DNA from: a virus | IMG/VR virus record: IMGVR_UViG_3300045988_056348 | Strand: one strand, 5' to 3' | Length of the DNA: 5,895 nucleotides | In this document: positions 4,325 to 5,895 of the stretch, piece after piece | How the letters are laid out: each line of letters opens with the position of its first letter | Position numbering within the stretch: the first letter of the stretch is position 1 | Position numbers and translations under genes: made by a program | Notes under the pieces: generated by a model | Databases searched by the model: none | Seen by the model: only the letters and a program-made list of their open reading frames with translations | Told to the model about the DNA's origin: nothing

Positions 4325-4567
4325 ATGATTCATGGTTACTATGGCATCTACGACAGCGTAGCAAAATGTTACTGCTACATCGGTGAAAACAAGAGCAAAG
4401 AGACGTTCGCACGAATGTGCGAAATTATGGCAAAGGACGAAAAAACGTTCTTAGGCCAAAGTCCCGAGGACTACAAAGGCTACCATATCGCAAACTTCGA
4501 CGATGAAAACGGCCGATTTGAGAGCATCGAGCCAGATAAGGTATGGGAGGGCAAAACGCATGAATAA
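4325..4567 (+). CDS. Hypothetical 80-aa protein; its position and size fit a VP5-like non-structural protein
   Basis: Consensus SD AAGGAG (4311-4316) lies 8 nt before the ATG. Its stop overlaps the next start (ATGAATAA). The product assignment rests on synteny and size only. Confidence 0.75.
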   Translation: MIHGYYGIYDSVAKCYCYIGENKSKETFARMCEIMAKDEKTFLGQSPEDYKGYHIANFDDENGRFESIEPDKVWEGKTHE

Positions 4568-4955
4568 GAGATATGAGGAAGGGCGAAAGCCCTTCTTTTC
4601 AAATCCGGGCGAAAAAATGCGAAAACAGTACGTCTGGGGAAAAGACGAAAAAAACAACAAAAAGTTAATTGAAACTGAACCGATTGACATTCAGGCAGAA
4701 ATCGAAAGCTATGCAGATGAATGCGACATCAAAAACATAGTCCGCAAAGCAAGTTTTGACCCGGAGTTTGCCAAAAGTCTGGTAGACAGCGCAAAAACAG
4801 ACGAAATCACAGATATCACAGAATGGCCAACCAACATTCACGAATATCACGCAATGATAGCAACAGCACAAATCAAAGCAATGGAACTGCAGCAGATGCA
4901 GGAAAAGAGAACAAGCGAGCAAAAGAAACAGGAGGAAGACAATGAACCGGAATAA
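4560..4955 (+). CDS. VP3: Internal scaffolding protein VP3-like, 131 aa
   Basis: The acidic protein is encoded immediately upstream of VP1 and overlaps it by 14 nt. I prefer ATG 4560 (SD GGGAGG at 4545-4550, ATGA-type overlap with the upstream stop) over the track start 4503, which has no SD and a 65-nt overlap. Size, charge and the ECDIKNIV region resemble gokushovirus VP3 as I recall. Confidence 0.7.
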   Translation: MNKRYEEGRKPFFSNPGEKMRKQYVWGKDEKNNKKLIETEPIDIQAEIESYADECDIKNIVRKASFDPEFAKSLVDSAKTDEITDITEWPTNIHEYHAMIATAQIKAMELQQMQEKRTSEQKKQEEDNEPE

Positions 4956-5895
4956 CGAAAGACACTTTAACAGTGTACCACAGACACATGTAAGTCGAAC
5001 ACGTTTCAAACGAGACCAAAACATTCTAACAACTTTCGATGCGGGAAGGTTAATCCCGTTTTACGTTGATGAAGTACTTCCGGGTGATACATTCAGCGTA
5101 GACACGGCAGCGATCATCCGAATGACAACGCCCAAATATCCTGTAATGGACGATGCATATATAGATTTCTATTACTTCTATTGTCCCAACCGGATTCTTT
5201 GGACCAACTTCAAACGTTTCATGGGTGAAGCAGACGATACACCGTGGATGCCTACAAAAACATACGAAGTACCGAAAATCAAAATCCTAGGTAATCCAAA
5301 TAATGAAGCGGACAAAGGCCCAAAAGAACAGTCAATCTTAGACTACATGGGAGTACCAACAAAAATCAACGTAGGCGTAAACAAAAACAATGTAAGAATC
5401 AACGCACTACCAGTCAGAGCATACGTTAAAATCTGGAATGAGTTCTTTAGAGATCAAAACATAGAAAATACAGCAGTATTCGAATCAGGAGACGAAGACG
5501 AACAATATATTGATGAGCCAGATCAGAATGAAGAAATTACACTGCAAAGAGCAATCAGGGGATCAAGATGCTTACCAGTAAACAAATTCCACGATTATTT
5601 CACATCCTGTCTGCCGTATCCGCAGCGCGGGCCGGAAGTAACAATCGCACTAACAGGAAACGCACCGGTAAGAGCCTACACAGAAAAAGAACTGAATAAC
5701 AGAAAAGTAGGAACAGGATTTTTCAACAGCGAGTACAACAACGGAGTAGTAAATCATCCAAGCATCTCATTCACAAACGAAGGAACAAAGTTCAGCGTAA
5801 ACAAAAACAACAACGGAAACGCGGCACCTATATGGGAAGCACAGTACGTCCAGACAATGAGCCAAGACGATGCAAACTTTCTTGACACATGGTTA
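4942..5895 (+). CDS. VP1: Major capsid protein VP1, N-terminal part; open to the window end and continuing at base 2
   Basis: ATG 4942 is preceded by GGAGGAAG (4931-4938). I translated 318 codons by hand and found no stop. Product starts MNRNNERHFNSVPQTHVSRTRFKRDQNILTTFDAGRLIPFYVDEVLPGDTF..., a typical microvirus capsid N-terminus. It is missing from the ORF track because there is no stop inside the window. Confidence 0.93.
   Translation, partial: MNRNNERHFNSVPQTHVSRTRFKRDQNILTTFDAGRLIPFYVDEVLPGDTFSVDTAAIIRMTTPKYPVMDDAYIDFYYFYCPNRILWTNFKRFMGEADDTPWMPTKTYEVPKIKILGNPNNEADKGPKEQSILDYMGVPTKINVGVNKNNVRINALPVRAYVKIWNEFFRDQNIENTAVFESGDEDEQYIDEPDQNEEITLQRAIRGSRCLPVNKFHDYFTSCLPYPQRGPEVTIALTGNAPVRAYTEKELNNRKVGTGFFNSEYNNGVVNHPSISFTNEGTKFSVNKNNNGNAAPIWEAQYVQTMSQDDANFLDTWL
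5841..5895. repeat. Terminal redundancy: exact copy of bases 1-55 (circular-genome assembly overlap)
   Basis: 5841-5895 (ACAGTACGTCCAGACAATGAGCCAAGACGATGCAAACTTTCTTGACACATGGTTA) is identical to 1-55. Collapsing it keeps VP1 in frame. Confidence 0.97.

Noticed and set aside
4503-4559. Upstream ATG 4503 as the start of the VP3-like gene (as listed in the ORF track)
   Set aside because: It has no SD and would overlap the 80-aa gene by 65 nt. ATG 4560 has GGGAGG 9 nt upstream and the typical ATGA-type stop/start overlap.
522-5024. All minus-strand ORFs in the track (522-770, 667-903, 900-1091, 989-1177, 1231-1488, 2126-2362, 2393-2581, 2443-2631, 3552-3890, 4010-4192, 4170-4412, 4451-4690, 4665-5024)
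   Set aside because: Each lies antisense to a well-supported + strand gene. None has a convincing SD. Their F/L/C/S-rich, pseudo-hydrophobic products are what the complement of an A-rich coding strand yields. Microviridae encode all known genes on one strand.

Overview
The window is a complete, circularly permuted ssDNA phage genome of the family Microviridae (gokushovirus-like). Bases 1-55 recur exactly at 5841-5895, so the unit circle is 5,840 nt. All credible genes are on the + strand and tightly packed, mostly with Shine-Dalgarno sites and overlapping stop/start codons. Core genes: major capsid VP1 (4942, across the junction, to 838; 578 aa), VP2 pilot/minor capsid (878-1711), VP4 HUH rolling-circle Rep (1708-2727), a 39-aa basic VP8/J-like DNA-binding protein (4192-4311, below the ORF-track cutoff), an 80-aa ORF (4325-4567) and a VP3-like acidic scaffold protein (4560-4955). 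The unusual part is about 1.46 kb between VP4 and VP8 (2728-4190), about a quarter of the genome and not part of the conserved microvirus core. It starts with a 470-nt non-coding region holding an intrinsic terminator, two GC-rich alternating purine/pyrimidine tracts with GCGCAC boxes in 10-bp phase, nine same-orientation (A)TGTTGAAAA(C) motifs that read as DnaA-box-like on the other strand, and a compound GC hairpin. Next comes a near-consensus promoter (UP-like A/T tracts, TTGACA, 17 nt, TGnTAAAAT), a 64-aa ORF and a strong terminator. Then follow a Zn-peptidase M15 (VanY/YcbK-like cell-wall peptidase) gene and two small ORFs (34 and 73 aa). No integrase, holin or transmembrane protein, tRNA or CRISPR array is visible. 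Functional readings of the non-coding elements are inference from sequence patterns only.
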